Below, one piece after another: positions 1 to 13,635 of a stretch of 49,517 bases of DNA. The translations under genes were made by a program, and so were the position numbers. How positions within the stretch are numbered: position 1 is the stretch's first letter; each line of letters starts with the position of its first letter. The stretch is from Halocafeteria seosinensis (lineage: Eukaryota). The notes below the pieces were generated by a model. It made no database searches, had not been told where the DNA came from, and worked only from the letters and a program-made list of their open reading frames with translations. Location of the stretch: NCBI GenBank assembly GCA_001687465.1, contig LVLI01000591.1, positions 1-49,517 on the forward strand. The letters are read 5' to 3'.

Positions 1-73
1 TACGAGATGAGCATCCAATGCTTACACTGCTAATTCCACAGTGAGTTGTTGCGAACACCACCCTACACCATCA

Positions 74-3000
74 CTATGCACTGCTAGTGGAACTGGTTGA
101 CTTCTTACTGCGAAAGCTTCTTTGAAGAGTAACGCATGCTTGCAGCAGCGGATTAGATGTTTGAGTGACTACATAAATACCATCACTTGGCAACACACGA
201 CAGTTCGGGTCAGGGGCTGTATACACGTACGGATATACGGTACCATCCTCATCACTGGCATAGGCGTGATTCTTGTAGTGATAGTGCCGAAATAGCCCCA
301 ACGGAAAAACGTTGTAATGGGAAAGCAAGTAAATATACACTTGGTGATACGTAGGGAGTGCAAAGTCCAATACCGAGGAATCGGGGGAAGTGTTGGAAGT
401 CTTTGGAATCATTGACATGAGTGCAACATCTTCCCAAACGGAAGGAGGAACAGTAATGAGCTGAACGATCGGAAGATAGTCAAAGCGATGCCGCAGCGAT
501 GGCGGATTATCCAATAGTTTGGGCAGCCTCATCAGACGCTGCAGCATTTCCACTACCTCCGGTTGATACAGTGACGTAGCCAAGACTGCTTCCGCCAGTT
601 TGCTCGAATGGATAGCGCCACTGGCATATTCCTCCGATGCTTGAAAGCCGGCACTCTGCGATCGGTTGCCTGAGCTTTCATTGGATTCATTATTACGAAG
701 AATTCCCTGAGGAACAGTCATTTCGGAAGACCAAAGCTCACTAATCTGTCCGTGTACTTTCGAAACCCATCCCCAAAATGCTGGTTTGCACATACGGTAG
801 AATAATTTATGCTTAAGAACAGTTGAAGCATACATTAGTCTCCACGCAATGCCTTGTTTTGTTGAAGCGTCTATACCCTCGGACTGCTCGGGGAGAAACG
901 TCCGCACTTTAATACTGAAAGAGCCTTCCAACTCCCGATAGTCCCTCTGTATATCAGCAACCCTGCTTCTCTGCACTTCAATTTGCGAAAGGGTTGCGTT
1001 CATGTGCCATCTCAAGCGACAAGAATGTCCAAGCATTAAAAGACAAGGCGTTGCCGGGAATGTTTCCGCGTGGCGTGCTAAGGCTGACGGAAATGATCGA
1101 GGAGATACTCTGACAACCCTACCCATTTCCTCTCTAACTTTTGTTATGGAAGAAATATTGTTGATGTAAGCAACAAGTGCTCCAAGTGTTTCATCAATCC
1201 AAGTATTCGTATTCTGGAGCTGGGGATAGTTGCCTCTCTGGTCTGTTGCGGAGACTTGCAGGTTATGTGACGCCTGATCAACCTGGAGATAGTGTAATAT
1301 ATGTGTACTACCTCCTTCGGCAATTAACCAGGGGTCTTGCGTCCGGCCTCCAGAATGCAAATAGCGAATGACCAGAAAGCTCGTTAGCTCATCCAAACCA
1401 GAATTTCCCAACTTGGTTTTGTCGTAGTGAAAGTATCCACCCCCGGCGGATAGAATCGCTACAACTGAGCAACTAAATATTCCGGCTCGTTTCAGATCCA
1501 CATTGTTACTCGCAGAACCGTTCACCAAATACACAGGTAAGCTAGAGCCACGACGATTGCGATCTATTACGAGATCGTTCCATGCGGCTCCCTCAGGTGG
1601 ATTTGGGTGAAGCACAACCACGAACTCGACCAGAGCAGAGCAACTCGCACAGCCGGAGCCATCAAAAGCCGTAGTCCAAATTGGGCGCAGAAAACTTGTC
1701 AAATGGTTAATGGAGACATCCGGCCCACATACGATAACAAGATGTCGGCCCGTCATAATCTTTTCCTTCGGAGGACTTGTAATCCGCTGATAGTCGGCAT
1801 CTTCCATTAGCTTTATATCCTTCCATATGTGCAATAATCGCGCTGAGGGATTCGTAGCATGCGGGGTTTCTACGGTGTCAAGATAGTGAACTGGAGAACC
1901 TTCCCCACCGTCAGTTTCTGCTGCATCAATATCGATTGTCCTCGTACTCGTAGTTGCTGTCTCCTGTCGACTACTCGATTGCATATGTCGACGCCACTGA
2001 TGAACTCGACTAGCGAAGCCCTCGGATTGGATTTTCTTCAGGCTACTGGCGTCCGCGGCAAGACCAAACACGGTCATGCCTTCGCTGAGAACTTCCGAAA
2101 ACATGCCAAGAGCCGCTTTATAACCCTTTCTTCTGTCTACTGATTCCTTCTCTGTTTCGTCTTCGAAAGAACATCCAATCAGGTGAACTGTAGCGGGAAC
2201 ACAGTCATCTGGTTTACCGTAATAAAATTTTACTGCCTTGGGTGTTGTCGAGCGTCTTCGGCATCTGTAATTGTAATACCAACTAAAGTCACTTTGGTGT
2301 CGTATGAAAGTTCCTCTTCGCCCAGTTGCTCCGCCTGAAGATACCCATCCCTCGACAAGAGCGGATGGATCGCTTAACGAAGAGTCATGAGAGTATTCTC
2401 GCCTAACATTTCCTGTCAGCTCAAATATACAGCAGGCTGCTTCGGTAAGAGTTAGCCCTAGAAGGCACCCAGGAACTCGGCAGCTGTATACCTGGAAAAG
2501 ACTCCCTTGCTTATATTCGATCTTAGAAGGGCTCTCACCACCGCGGAATGGTGGGGCATTCGTTGTAAGGAAATTCCCAATGAGTGTTGACATCCCCGGA
2601 TAGATGCAAGAGCATCCCATCAACGAGTATCGAATAAGCCCCCGCAGGATGATATGGCGCCGCGGGATTCCCATTATCCTAGCGTGTTGTACGGTATCGT
2701 AGCTAGTCAGCAGTAGACGGATGTTAAACGTCATTTCCGTAGAGTACTGCAATAGCAAAGCCCGCAGCGATTGACGAAAGTATAGACGCGCTTCATCAGA
2801 TGTACCCCCACTAAACATGTAATCCAGGAGCTCCAAAAAGCCTGTCGAGTGAGAGTTCTGTTTTCCATAGCCCACTCCATATACCTCGGAAAACGTATCC
2901 TTCAGTGCTTCGATTCTCACAATAGCTTTCTCTTTAGCCACCCGTGTGATGTATGTCTTGGCCGATATAGCCATTTGTAGGCTCAAGTAATCTTCGGATG

Positions 3001-5289
3001 GAATTGCAGTCTTGGAATACTCGTCAGCACCGCCAACATCTTCTGGGAGAACAAAGATGGCTTTCGAGCGTTCCAAAGCAGCCCGAGAAAAGTCATTGGC
3101 ATCTGTGGGATCACCCTCCAGATAGACAACACTATGCCTTCCATCGGAGTGTTTTCCTTCAAGTGTTCGTTCCTCGTCGACTTCCTCTAGGTGTAAGGGC
3201 TCATCAGTAATGACGTCTCTAACACCCTGTAGTGATTTTGGGCGTTTTTGCGTATCAAAAGAGGAATCGTCTGCAGCGCGATATTCTGTGTCCTCACTTC
3301 CACCATTGGGATCAATTGAGGATTTCCACCCAACATGTTTTTCCCTATACACTGGATGAGCATAGTTGGACTCCCAAAGCAACCACTCCTCCGCAGTTGA
3401 ATCCAGTTTACCCAGGATCACAACATACAGTCGTTTTTCATTCCTACCCGTATCATTAAACATCAAGTGTTTGCGCAGACCGTGTAACTCCTGAGTCGAG
3501 TAGCTGTGAATCGTATTATACTCCCTAACTGGAGATTTTTCTCCCTCCCGAAGGGTGTTGTCACCATCTGTCTTCCGATCTAGGCTGTTTACAATCTGGT
3601 ATTCCTTTTCCGCGGCATATATTTCATTGAGAAACTCACTCAACTGGGTCTTGGAAGGAGAACCTAGAATGATAATAAATTGACCCAAGGACGGATCAAA
3701 TCGCGGCTTTGGTCTCCGTTTCTTACGCGATACGATAGATAAGACTTTATTTGCTGAATTTGCAAAGACAACAATTCCAAATATCATGAACAGCAACGTC
3801 GCCAATCGAGAGGCGCTTGTGGTAGGGGAGAAGTCACCTGGTCATTCAATAGGGACCAGTATCAGCTTCTGAGGAACCGACGCAAACAACAAATTATGCG
3901 GACACTTACCGTACCCAACTGTGCTGAACGTAATCAGCAAGTAATAGAAACTTACGAACGGACTAAAGGTTTCTGATGAGCAGTCCGAAGAAGACGTTGT
4001 GGCTCTCGTGCCATCACTACACGAGTACTGGATCCAAAAGCGTGCCGCGTCGCTATTTCCTAGAATTCCCTCCTGCACCTCAGGAAATTCGCCAACAATT
4101 TCGAGCACATAGATGATACACGACAAGATGAAGATGTAGATCAGTGCTGTAGAAGCAAGTTTCACAATGTTCCACAAGGTTGATGACCAAGGAGCAACTA
4201 CCTGTTCATATCCCTCAGTATCAAGAGTGTACGGCTGTCCTGCGGCCGCAGCAGATGCATTGGACTTTGTTTTCTTTTCGCTATTCAAGGCATTAACAGC
4301 GACGTTGTTCCGCACACGAGTAAGGATTGAAGACAGAGACCAACCACTCTCTTGAGATCCCGTGCTTCTTACTTCTTGCTCGCTTCCCTCGGCAAGCTGA
4401 TTCCCTTTGCACCATGCGACGCACCTTGCGAAAGCTGTCCGTGGATGATGGATGAAGAACAGGAAGTCAACCCCTTTCTGACGCAGCCACGCGTATAAAC
4501 CCTGGGGGAATATTCGTTCTAGGGACACAGTTACGTCCTTCACATAGATAGCTCGCAAGAATCCAAACGTAAACCAGGTTTTCGCCGGAATCGTATTCTG
4601 CACGCAGAAAATGAAAGAGGCTCTATGTGGATCTAGCCATCAAGCGAAAGCAGTTCTTACGTTGTCGCCGGACCCCACACAGTTGGCTCCTGTGACAAAT
4701 TCTGCCGATTCTATAGGCCAACGGCAGGAGGCAACAAAAAGTCCGATAAATGAGCCGAGACTCAAACAATCCACAATCGTCTTATGATCCAATATGGTAC
4801 CGAGATAATCCGGGCTACGTGCCCATCTGGCGATCAAAATGGCGAGGAAGAGGACGGAGAGCGCCGCATCTAACGCGAGATCCGCTACATCGACTTGAAG
4901 AAGCACGGCTCGACGGATCCACAGGAAACTCGTAATGAACGATGGGATCGACTGAAATACCACATGCAGCACGTATGCCGTTCTGGGATTCAATAGTTTC
5001 CACCTGAGAATCGTCGAATTCCTTCGCAAGCGACGTTTCCCGGGAAGTTCCAAAAATCGTCGTGGATCCTGCAGAGACGGTATTTTTTTCTACTCTGCTT
5101 GCAAAAATGCGGCAGTTGAACACGTACATTCCATAAAGCGCCGACAATGTTTTCGGCAATGATCCAGTAGAGAATGGCTAATCCCGCGAAGACCAGCCAG
5201 AAATACAAGGCGTATAGAGCTTGTTGTCCAATGAGGTCCCACGCCACGACGCACGCCTCATCGCCGGGGTCATTCTCGCAGTAAGACAT
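74..5289 (-). CDS. Large-conductance Ca2+-activated (BK/Slo-family) potassium channel alpha subunit, 4 exons
   Basis: Model starts at ATG 5289, with GT-AG introns 5069-5127, 4598-4660 and 3838-3909. Splicing restores the pore signature FYYLLITFSTVGYG|DFSP, followed by an S6 helix. RCK-like motifs: VVYLEGDPTDANDFSRAALERSKAIFVL, LMGCSCIYPGMSTLIGNFL, YLVNGSASNNVDLKRAGI, PYVYTAPDPNCRVLPSDGIYVV. An S0-like N-terminal helix is present. Confidence 0.9.
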
Positions 5290-6863
5290 CTCTATCGAAA
5301 TGGACAAGCGTATTTTAAGTCACGAAAAACACGTCACATAGCCCCCGGAAGAGGGGGTGGGATCCGTTCTCTTTGCTGTATTTGCGCTCTTTCTACCACA
5401 CCCAGACCTCTTCTATCGGCATCCATAGCACCTACACATACTGCGTAAGGACTGGCAGGGGGTGATAGTATGTATCAAACTCTTGTATAGAGCAGAAATT
5501 GGACTACCTTGGTAGTAAGAACACATTGAAGTTGGCGGTCGCAGGCTTCAGCAGGTATGCTCATCAAGCATACAGTACCAGCAAGTGTCATGTAGCGCTC
5601 TCCGACTCCATGATGATACTTAGCGTGCCAGCAAAAGAAAAGTGCGCTGGTTGGTGATTTGGTCATAGTGTGACCATGTATGGGGCAACAGTAACGGCAT
5701 CGTTTGCGATCCACATCGTTTGAAGCGACATCGGTCAGTGTCTGGTGTTCTGCCAGTACTGTACGTATATTTCCAGGCTCAGACACAATAGCTGGACGGC
5801 TCATACACGTGTATCTTTTGAGATTAAATTTACTGACAGGGAAGACAGTTGATGATATGCTAAGCCAACCTCTTGAAGTTACGGTATTTACAGGGCTAGC
5901 GCCTGGTTGACCCGATGTGGTGCCGCTCCACCACTCTTCCTTCTACGTAGTACCAGTGATATGTCACATGTCTCTACCCTCACGAGGAAAGAGGAAAATG
6001 CGCTAATTTTCCCCTTCTAAGGACGACAGCAATTGAGTTTGATGATGTTCGGTTCGGATGACCCTGCCTGCTTGTTCCCATGTGCGGGACAAAGACGGCG
6101 TGTACCTACCGCAACCCGAGAAAAAGCATGAAGGAGGACTAACTTAGGTAATCGTAGACGAATGTGATCCAGCGGTGACGACGCCGCTCTATTCACTCTG
6201 CCCCTTATAGAAGCCACTGTCGTCAATATTCTGACTCAATCAACACGGCGCTGAGAAATGTTTTCAAGTCGCACTCTGCGACTGCCAGTCGCCGACTGGT
6301 GCTAACTGTCAATTACGCCAGTGTTCCCAGAGGTGAGTGGGAGTCGATTGGATTGTCACGCAGCTGCGGCCGGTGCCTGCAAAGGAGTTCGAAATAGACC
6401 GTACTTGAAAGAAGCAAACGCGAACCCTATAAACCTGTAAGTCCCTGTTAAATAGCAAATGCATGGTTGTTCAAAAGCTGGAGGCAAGAGAGTTTCTCGA
6501 AAACCCAAGCAAGGGCTTTTCTTAACGGACCTTGTCCGGGTACGGGCTGTACTGCCAATGCCATCTCACTGAGATACAGTATCAAGAAAACACCGTGCTG
6601 TAGCAATGCGTTTGTGATTGCATGTATATCACTATTATGGGCGCGTCATATAGAAAAGTATCTTGAGTAATCTATGGACATGTCACTCAGGGCTCGTCGA
6701 ACACCTTGCGAGTGTTCTTGCTGATTGGGAACAACCTCCATCAACGTGCAAGGCTGAGTGAAGTTGCCGCTTACGATTTTCATACTTTGTGCGCAGAAGC
6801 TAAGACAGAGTGTAAACCCACCGGACTCGATACATACGTTTTGGTCCATTAAAGCTTTGAAAG

Positions 6864-8887
6864 ATGGCATCCGTGAAAGTCTATTCTGAGAACGGGCAAC
6901 CGAAAGACGTGGAGCTTGAAGATCCTGATGCTAGGGGAAAGGAAGATGGCACCTCGCAGAAGCAAGAAATTATCCCGCACCAAGTGTTGCAACCTTTTGT
7001 GAACCATCAGACATTCCCATTCACTCATCGGTGCTTGAGAGTTGGCTGTTCTGCAGGCTCAACAACTACCATCTTCGTAAGTGGCTTACCAGCCTATTTT
7101 ATAAGTCTTACACTAGACCAGACAGTTGACTGCACTGTAATGCAGGGAGCACGCTCCGCGAGCATTCGGAAATCTGAACCTTGCTCCCTACTTTGTCCCT
7201 TCGAAACCTGTACCATGGAGAGCAACATGACAGTTCCTTGGCGACGGGTCAAAGTTGCATCGGTATACGAAGGGGCTGTACCACCGGAAGTCATGAGGGC
7301 ACTCAGTATCATCGCTGTGATCATTTTTGTGATCGCGGTAACCGCCGGCTTTCGGAGTTTGGGAATAGGAGGAATAGTAGGTATAGCTATCGCCGAGCTG
7401 ATAATTGTACCTATTGTAAGCTTGCTATTCCGTGAAACATACGGAGAGTTTACTGGGAAGTACATGCAGAGTCCGGATTTGCTACTAGCGCGAATCCCGG
7501 AATCGGCAACGGAAAAGTTCTTTCAAGAATCAAAGTCGTTTATGGCATCCACCAAAACCGAAAACGTTGACATGCCAGTTTTTGTGAATAAAGAATTTAC
7601 CCAAGAAAAGTCATGCCTCGGGGCGATTGCTATGGGCCAAGACACGTTGGTCATAAAAGGGGATACCGGAGAACTGTATCAGAGCCGGACGCCATGCGGA
7701 ATCTCATGTCTTCGGGCGAAGCACTATCATAGATTTCGTGTCAAAGATGTTATGTGGACGTATGGGGAAAGATCCAGTCGCAACAATTACGTTCTTGCCA
7801 CTTTTGTGGCGATTGCAATATTATTGTTCCTCGGAGCAAACTCGGGGACCTTGGTAGGAATTGCATTCTGCTTCCTGATAATAGGTATCGTCGCCTATTA
7901 CTTGTCGGCATCCTCGGCAATGACCATTGGTCTCCCAGTAGTAAGTCGTGGGCGTGAAAAAGGACAGACTCGGGTCGTATTACCTTGTGGACTGCCTATA
8001 TGCAGAATACAATGTTGAGGTTCGCCGCTCCAGCGAATAAACTACCCGAAATAAGTGATGCCATTCTCTCCTCTCAGATTCAGCGGGAGGTCGACAAGGA
8101 TCCTGCACAGACTGTCTTGGAGGGTCATGATCTTTCCCAGCAAGTTGCCAATTTGAGAGTGTATCCAGATCACATTCGTCACACTTCCACGTGCAATTGG
8201 AGAAGCAACCCATGCTGTTGGTGCTGCCAAATGTGCTGCAACAGTTGCGCAACCCGCCTTATTATGAGTATGTGCGGTTACTCCCAATTGAGTGGAAGAT
8301 TCAACAAAAGGACGTACATCGGAGCAAGCACTGCTGGAAACCCGGCGCTTTTAGTGGTTGGCGTTCTGTTCCTAATAAGTGGGCTTGTGTTGGCTGTTGC
8401 TTTGGTTGTCACGCTGGATGGAGAAACCCCTGAAGCGCCTTGGATCACACTCTTGGTGCACGCGCTGATTGCCGGACTTTGCATCTTGCTCTGGTGGTAT
8501 TCCCGCAAGCTACTCGTGTCTATCGGCCTTAAAGGTACTGATGTGTTGGCCCGCAGTGGAGGACCTCTTGGACTTGTAGACATAACTGGTGTATCTTCAA
8601 CGGTGTGGTTTCATCCAGAATCTGTAAATTGTCATGCGCTTGTAGAAAACCTTGACAGTCTTGCTGAGTGCTCCGTTCGAAGAGAGGTATTGAAAAACCA
8701 ACGCGTTGCGTCGAGGGAGAAAGCTCCTAGTTCAAAGACATGGATTGAATGGAAGAGCAAAGATGGGGAATTCTACTATGAGCATGCAAACACTGGTAAC
8801 ACTGCTTGGGATGTTCGACCTTACGATCACATTTTATCCGACACTGAGGATGCTTCCCTGAGTTCTCAGTCTATGTATGCCCCTTAA
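6864..8887 (+). CDS. Uncharacterised multi-pass membrane protein with C-terminal WW domain, 2 exons
   Basis: ORFs 6864-8018 and 7985-8887 join in frame through a phase-0 intron 7941-8005 (GTAAGT...TGCAG). There are three hydrophobic helix pairs and a WW motif, WIEWKSKDGEFYYEHANTGNTAWDVRP. Confidence 0.8.
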
Positions 8888-9499
8888 CCGACACCTACAA
8901 CTGTACTTGTATACATGATCGTTGAGTTTATTCATTTCACTAAAGTCAATCGTACATTACTTGTACGTACCTTACGTATACAGAAAGAAATTCTTGCACT
9001 GTGACTTATGTATGACCACCGACACAGATGACCGCTGATTGCAGCACTGACTCATTAGGCTAAGTGCGAACTGAAAAAAGGATAATCGCTTGTCATTTCT
9101 AGCATATCTCGGGAGTTAACTAAAAATGTCTCATGTTGCTAGTGCTTCTTATCACGAAGAGAACATAATTTAGGAAAGGGAATCTCTTTTAAAGATGCAG
9201 GAAGATTTATCTTACCCTGTGTGTCTGCAACTGCGCAGAGATGAGCTATGCAGGCAAGCACACGGAGAGCATATCGACCGTTACTGTTATTTATACGCCG
9301 CCGATTGGATGTGCGTCAAAACCTGAGCTACTCGGACCCGCCAGCGGTAAGCCGCAGATAAGTCGTTCAGCCCAACTATTCTATCCAACTTGGACAGTCC
9401 AAGTTCGTGACTCCTGGAAGTCGCAATATACACAACCCGAGGTTGTATGCTGCCAACACTCGTGGAAGTATGCCGCGAGGTTGACCAGTTTTGTCCGTC

Positions 9500-10700
9500 G
9501 CCTTAACAGCAGAACACTTCCAGTGTGGCTCCAAAAATTGATAGTTGAGCACTCTTGTTGCAAGGTACGTTCGAACTTGCATGGGCTTGGGATTCCGGGT
9601 GTTCTAGAAAACGGGCATCGGTAAACGCGAGAGCAAGCGCTTCTCGGGAGCTAGACTCTGGTATGAAGTAGCTGGAGAAGGACCTGCACGTATCTTTGTA
9701 ATCCAGAGGCAAGGTGAAGACCTTGGATCGTACTTCGAATCGGGGCTGCGGAAGCTCGAAGAATATTTCACGGTGGGGAACCTCATGAAAGTTTCGGGCT
9801 GTTCGATCCAAGATAAATGGATGGCCTTATTCACGGGAAGGCATTTGCTGTTGGAAAGTGCCAAGTGCAAATCAATTGCCGCGCTATAATGGACTATCAT
9901 ATCCTGCACCCCTGGAGTGAGAAGCGCGGGAACCATGACTCCTTGGGCAGCTTCCTTCAAATCAGTGAAGATGTTCTGATTCTCAAAGGCCCGCTTCGCC
10001 ACTTTCATAGACATATCTAAATGTTCTAAGTACTTGTCGCGATCGGGACAATCGTAAAAGTATAGACCAAACAACTTTCGAAGTCCGTTGAAGAAATCCT
10101 CTTTACTCTCAAACGGTTGTTTCCGAGATAGCATGGAGAGCATCTCCAACCAAGGTTATTCCCTGTGCAGATTCATGGCTTCTTTCATTTCCGGATAGTC
10201 ACGTTCGTTCAAACCCAAAGATGACGCAAGATGATTACTGTAGCCCCTTGACGCGCTATGGGTACCTATGAGCTGTTTCAACGCTTATGATTCCTCCGCC
10301 AAAATGCCCAGCCATGATTGCAGACTCCAATTACAAGTAGTCCATTAGTATCGTTGACATAGTCAGTAATATTGTAAGATGGAGGTTGCGGACCAACACT
10401 ACGACCAGTTCCTCGGATTTCCACGCACATACAGTAGACGAAGCACACACACAAATGTGACAGATAGACCACCGGCCGGGGAATTGACCGCATCCTCTTA
10501 ACGAGGAGCGGTATGCGCCCGTGACGAAGCACTTGGACTTCGCGACAAGAAGTAACCACTAATGGATTTAGGTCGAATACGGAGTTCGACAGTAGAAATG
10601 GGTTTACCAATAACTATCAAAAATTACGGAGCATCAAGTTCTACAACGAACCAGAGTTCCCGTATACCTCAGCAGCAATTTACGCTTTCCCATCCAAAAC
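9500..10700 (-). pseudogene. Probable degraded gene of unknown family
   Basis: The protein-like 181-aa ORF 9604-10149 continues upstream through an in-frame TAA (…MKEAMNLHRE*PWLEM…). Flanking protein-like segments lie in other frames. No clean spliced model was found. Confidence 0.3.
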
Positions 10701-11175
10701 CTGGAGCCTGAAATTGTGAGTACAGTATGTTCGCGATTTCCACCTACACGTCCTGGTGGCGTTTCTCATGTTCATTGACGATTCAATTTCCTCCTTCTTT
10801 TCCTCTTCTTGCTACATATCACTCGTTCGATATCTACAGTGTAAAGTTACCTTCCAGAGATTCCACTTAGAGCTCTACATCTCCTCCTCTAGTTCCATCT
10901 ATCTACAGCAGCGTNACNTTGTCTTTATGGAGATTCTCTAGTGCCTTGATGCGATGAATTTTTCTTCTTCTTCTTTTTTTCTTTGTCGTTGCTTCGACGC
11001 GCAAGTGGAATTTGTTTACAACTTTCAGTTCAACTTGAAGAAATCCGGGCCGATCGCCCGGATTTTCCCACCATTATTTGATGAATAATGGAGATAGCTT
11101 AAGTGAGATGGTTTATTCCTAATTTTGCTAGCTGTGTGTTAGTGGCGTAAGCAACAGAATTGGAAGAGTGGAACC

Positions 11176-12127
11176 ATGTTCCGACGGAAAGGTCAGAAAC
11201 AGGACAAATCCTCGTCGGGATCGGGCCATGCGAGCTCGCAATCCTCGTCGTCGGCGCCAGCGCATTCCCACGCCCATACCACCAGCACCAGTACTGCCAG
11301 CTCGTCCGTCAGTGGTGGAGGAGCTACCGCCAGTGGAGCGGGATCTACTGACCAAAATGGAGACAAATTGATCGTCAAAATAGGTATGAAACAGAGTTTG
11401 TTGAACTTGGGCGAGGAGCTGGAACTGAATTTCTTGGGCTCCTAGGGGGCATGCTCATTTTCTGTCGAATCCCTGATTGTCAAAATATCCGGTTTTGCTC
11501 ATCGTATTCGCAGGTATGGTAGGGGATAGTGCCGTCGGGAAAACGTCGTTGATGGTGCGATACGTGGAAGGCAAATTTGATGAAGACTATGTGGAAACAT
11601 TAGGAGTGAATTTTATGGAGAAGACGATCGATTTACCACAAGCACAAGTGATAATGAGTCTTTGGGATCTTGGAGGTGCTCGCGAATTCGTTTCTATGAT
11701 GCCCATGGTCTGTGTAGATGCAGTGGCCGTGCTGTTCTTGTTTGACCTAACCAACCGCGCCTCATTAAACAGTATACGCGAATGGTACCGACAAGTACGG
11801 GGATTGAACCAAAATGCTGTACCTTTCCTTGTGGGTACAAAGTTTGATTTATTCTATGCTCAAGATAAAGCTGAGCAAGAAGAAACCACAAAACAAGTAA
11901 GTGTTGCGTCTTCGTATATGCGGGAGCTAGCTACCCCTTTGACGTAAAGATACGCAACGCAGGCTCGAAAGTACGCACGGGCTATGAAAGCGCCGCTGGT
12001 GTTTTGCAGTGCTTCTCATGGGATAAACATTCAGAAATTATTCAAGCTTCTGTTTTGTAAAGTATTCGATGTGGAAACTACAGTTCCCAAGAAAAGCAAC
12101 GTTGGTGAACCTATCCTAGAGTACTGA
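11176..12127 (+). CDS. spg1: Spg1/Tem1 septum-promoting / mitotic-exit small GTPase, 3 exons
   Basis: Introns 11384-11513 and 11897-11962 give KIGMVGDSAVGKTSLMVRYVEGKFDEDYVETLGVNFMEKTI…WDLGG…LVGTKFD…ARKYARAMKAPLVFCSASHGINIQKLFK…GEPILEY*. This is the diagnostic Spg1/Tem1 sequence. Confidence 0.95.
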
Positions 12128-12289
12128 GGAGAGTTGTCGTTTGATCAGAAGTTCGCTTAGTTGGATAATGCTTGGATTGCGAAGAAAATTATACTAGATA
12201 AAACAAACACTCGTACTATCTCTCCTACGGTAGCATCAATTTCTATTTTACGCGGTGCGCGGTTCAAAGCGATGGTACCATTGCACGGA

Positions 12290-13085
12290 TTACTTTGTTT
12301 GACCTTGCAGTGTTACTACAAGTCGCCGATTATGAGATCCATCTCGATGTTCACAAAGATAAATTCCTTGCCAAGTCCCAAGCATTAGTGAGCCGTGGCT
12401 AACTGCACAACGAGCAATGCAAGCTCCAAACAAGAAATCATGCACGCTCGATACCCAACCTACTTGGAATAGTCAAGCTAGCTCCAAACAAACTCGACTT
12501 TACATGAGCCGGCATATCATCCTGAGTTTGGGAAACCAAATGTCAGTGCTTAATCATAGCAAGCGATTCGAGTAAATGTAAGTATCAAAATCACCTACCG
12601 GTCCTTCAGCATCGTGTCTGTATCGCTGATTCTCTGGCACTATCCGGTTGAGCGAGTCTTCCATGTCTGTTGTATAAACCGTACAATTTTGCAACCATAG
12701 CATCTTATTTCTAATAACCTCGTCTTGCTGGTGCCATGCATACCTTTTCTCACATCGGGATCAGCATTCTCATTGACCGATATCGAAGCGCTAGTGTGTT
12801 GGACTGCAAGCGCACCACTAATCATCAGCGCTACTCGCCGCCAGCGAGCACAGCTACACTACGTACGAAATAAATGGCATAGTCCAACCTCGTAATTTCT
12901 GCAATCGCAACAACATGTGGAGTTATATACAGCAAGAACCTACGCGGGGAGCCTCAAAACGCGAAGACATACTTCAGTTCTGGTACCTGGCGTTCCACTT
13001 CAGATGTAACCAGGTGGCATCCTCGCCCTTTTCGGCCGAGAGAAATGACGCGTTGCGCCCACTGTGCAGGTCCTCCGGAACTCAT
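12290..13085 (-). CDS. yjbQ: UPF0047 / YjbQ family protein, 6 exons
   Basis: Five short GT-AG introns. Spliced product: MSSGGPAQWAQRVISL…RGCHLVT…[38 protein letters not shown]…RHDAEGPDDMPAHVKSSLFG…LGTWQGIYLCEHRD…RLVVTLQG. All YjbQ hallmark motifs are present. Confidence 0.95.
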
Positions 13086-13635
13086 TGTCTCTGTTCGTGT
13101 CTGGGATTCAGCCAGTCCAGGCTGCTTCTCCACCAGCAAAGTCGGTAAGAACAATAGAATGATGATCAGAACTCCTACGGGCACTCTCCCAAACATGCAC
13201 TCCCAGTTAATCCAAGATGAGGCTGAGGTCGATTTAAATGGTATGATTTCCAACCAATAAAAGCTCTGTATGGCTGGGAAGTACGATTCCTAATCCCAAT
13301 CCAAGTTTGGTTTGTGTTCTCCCCCTGCAGACGTTGCTTCAGTTTCCGTCCACACTGAGTCTACTATGATAAGAGCCCTATTTCCACTGTGCGTATGTGC
13401 TTGTGTGGAGGAGACAAAAAAAAAAAAAAATCAATCCAAATCCATGTTAAACAATGATAATACTGCTCGAACAGTCACGATCCCGTGCGAACCTCGGTGT
13501 TGTTGGCTCACAAAACAAAGGGAATTTTTAACTCCCCCTTTTAAATGCGTGTATTGATTGTTTCCCTATAGAACGGGAAACTAGAATCAATTCTAGGCGG
13601 TGGTGTGTATAGAGTCGTGTGTTTGGTTGTTTGCA

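Noticed and set aside
5081..5090. Apparent frameshift at a homopolymer run in the BK gene
   Set aside because: Fully explained by the 59-nt GTACGT…CTGCAG intron 5069-5127.
6380..6400. GTTCGAAAT resembling a tRNA T-loop/B-box
   Set aside because: No cloverleaf stems or acceptor stem could be formed around it.
10150..10920. Possible TAA/TAG-to-Gln genetic code reassignment
   Set aside because: Conserved genes in the window end at TAA/TAG (BK, YjbQ, Myb, TPR, MFI) and have no internal TAR codons.
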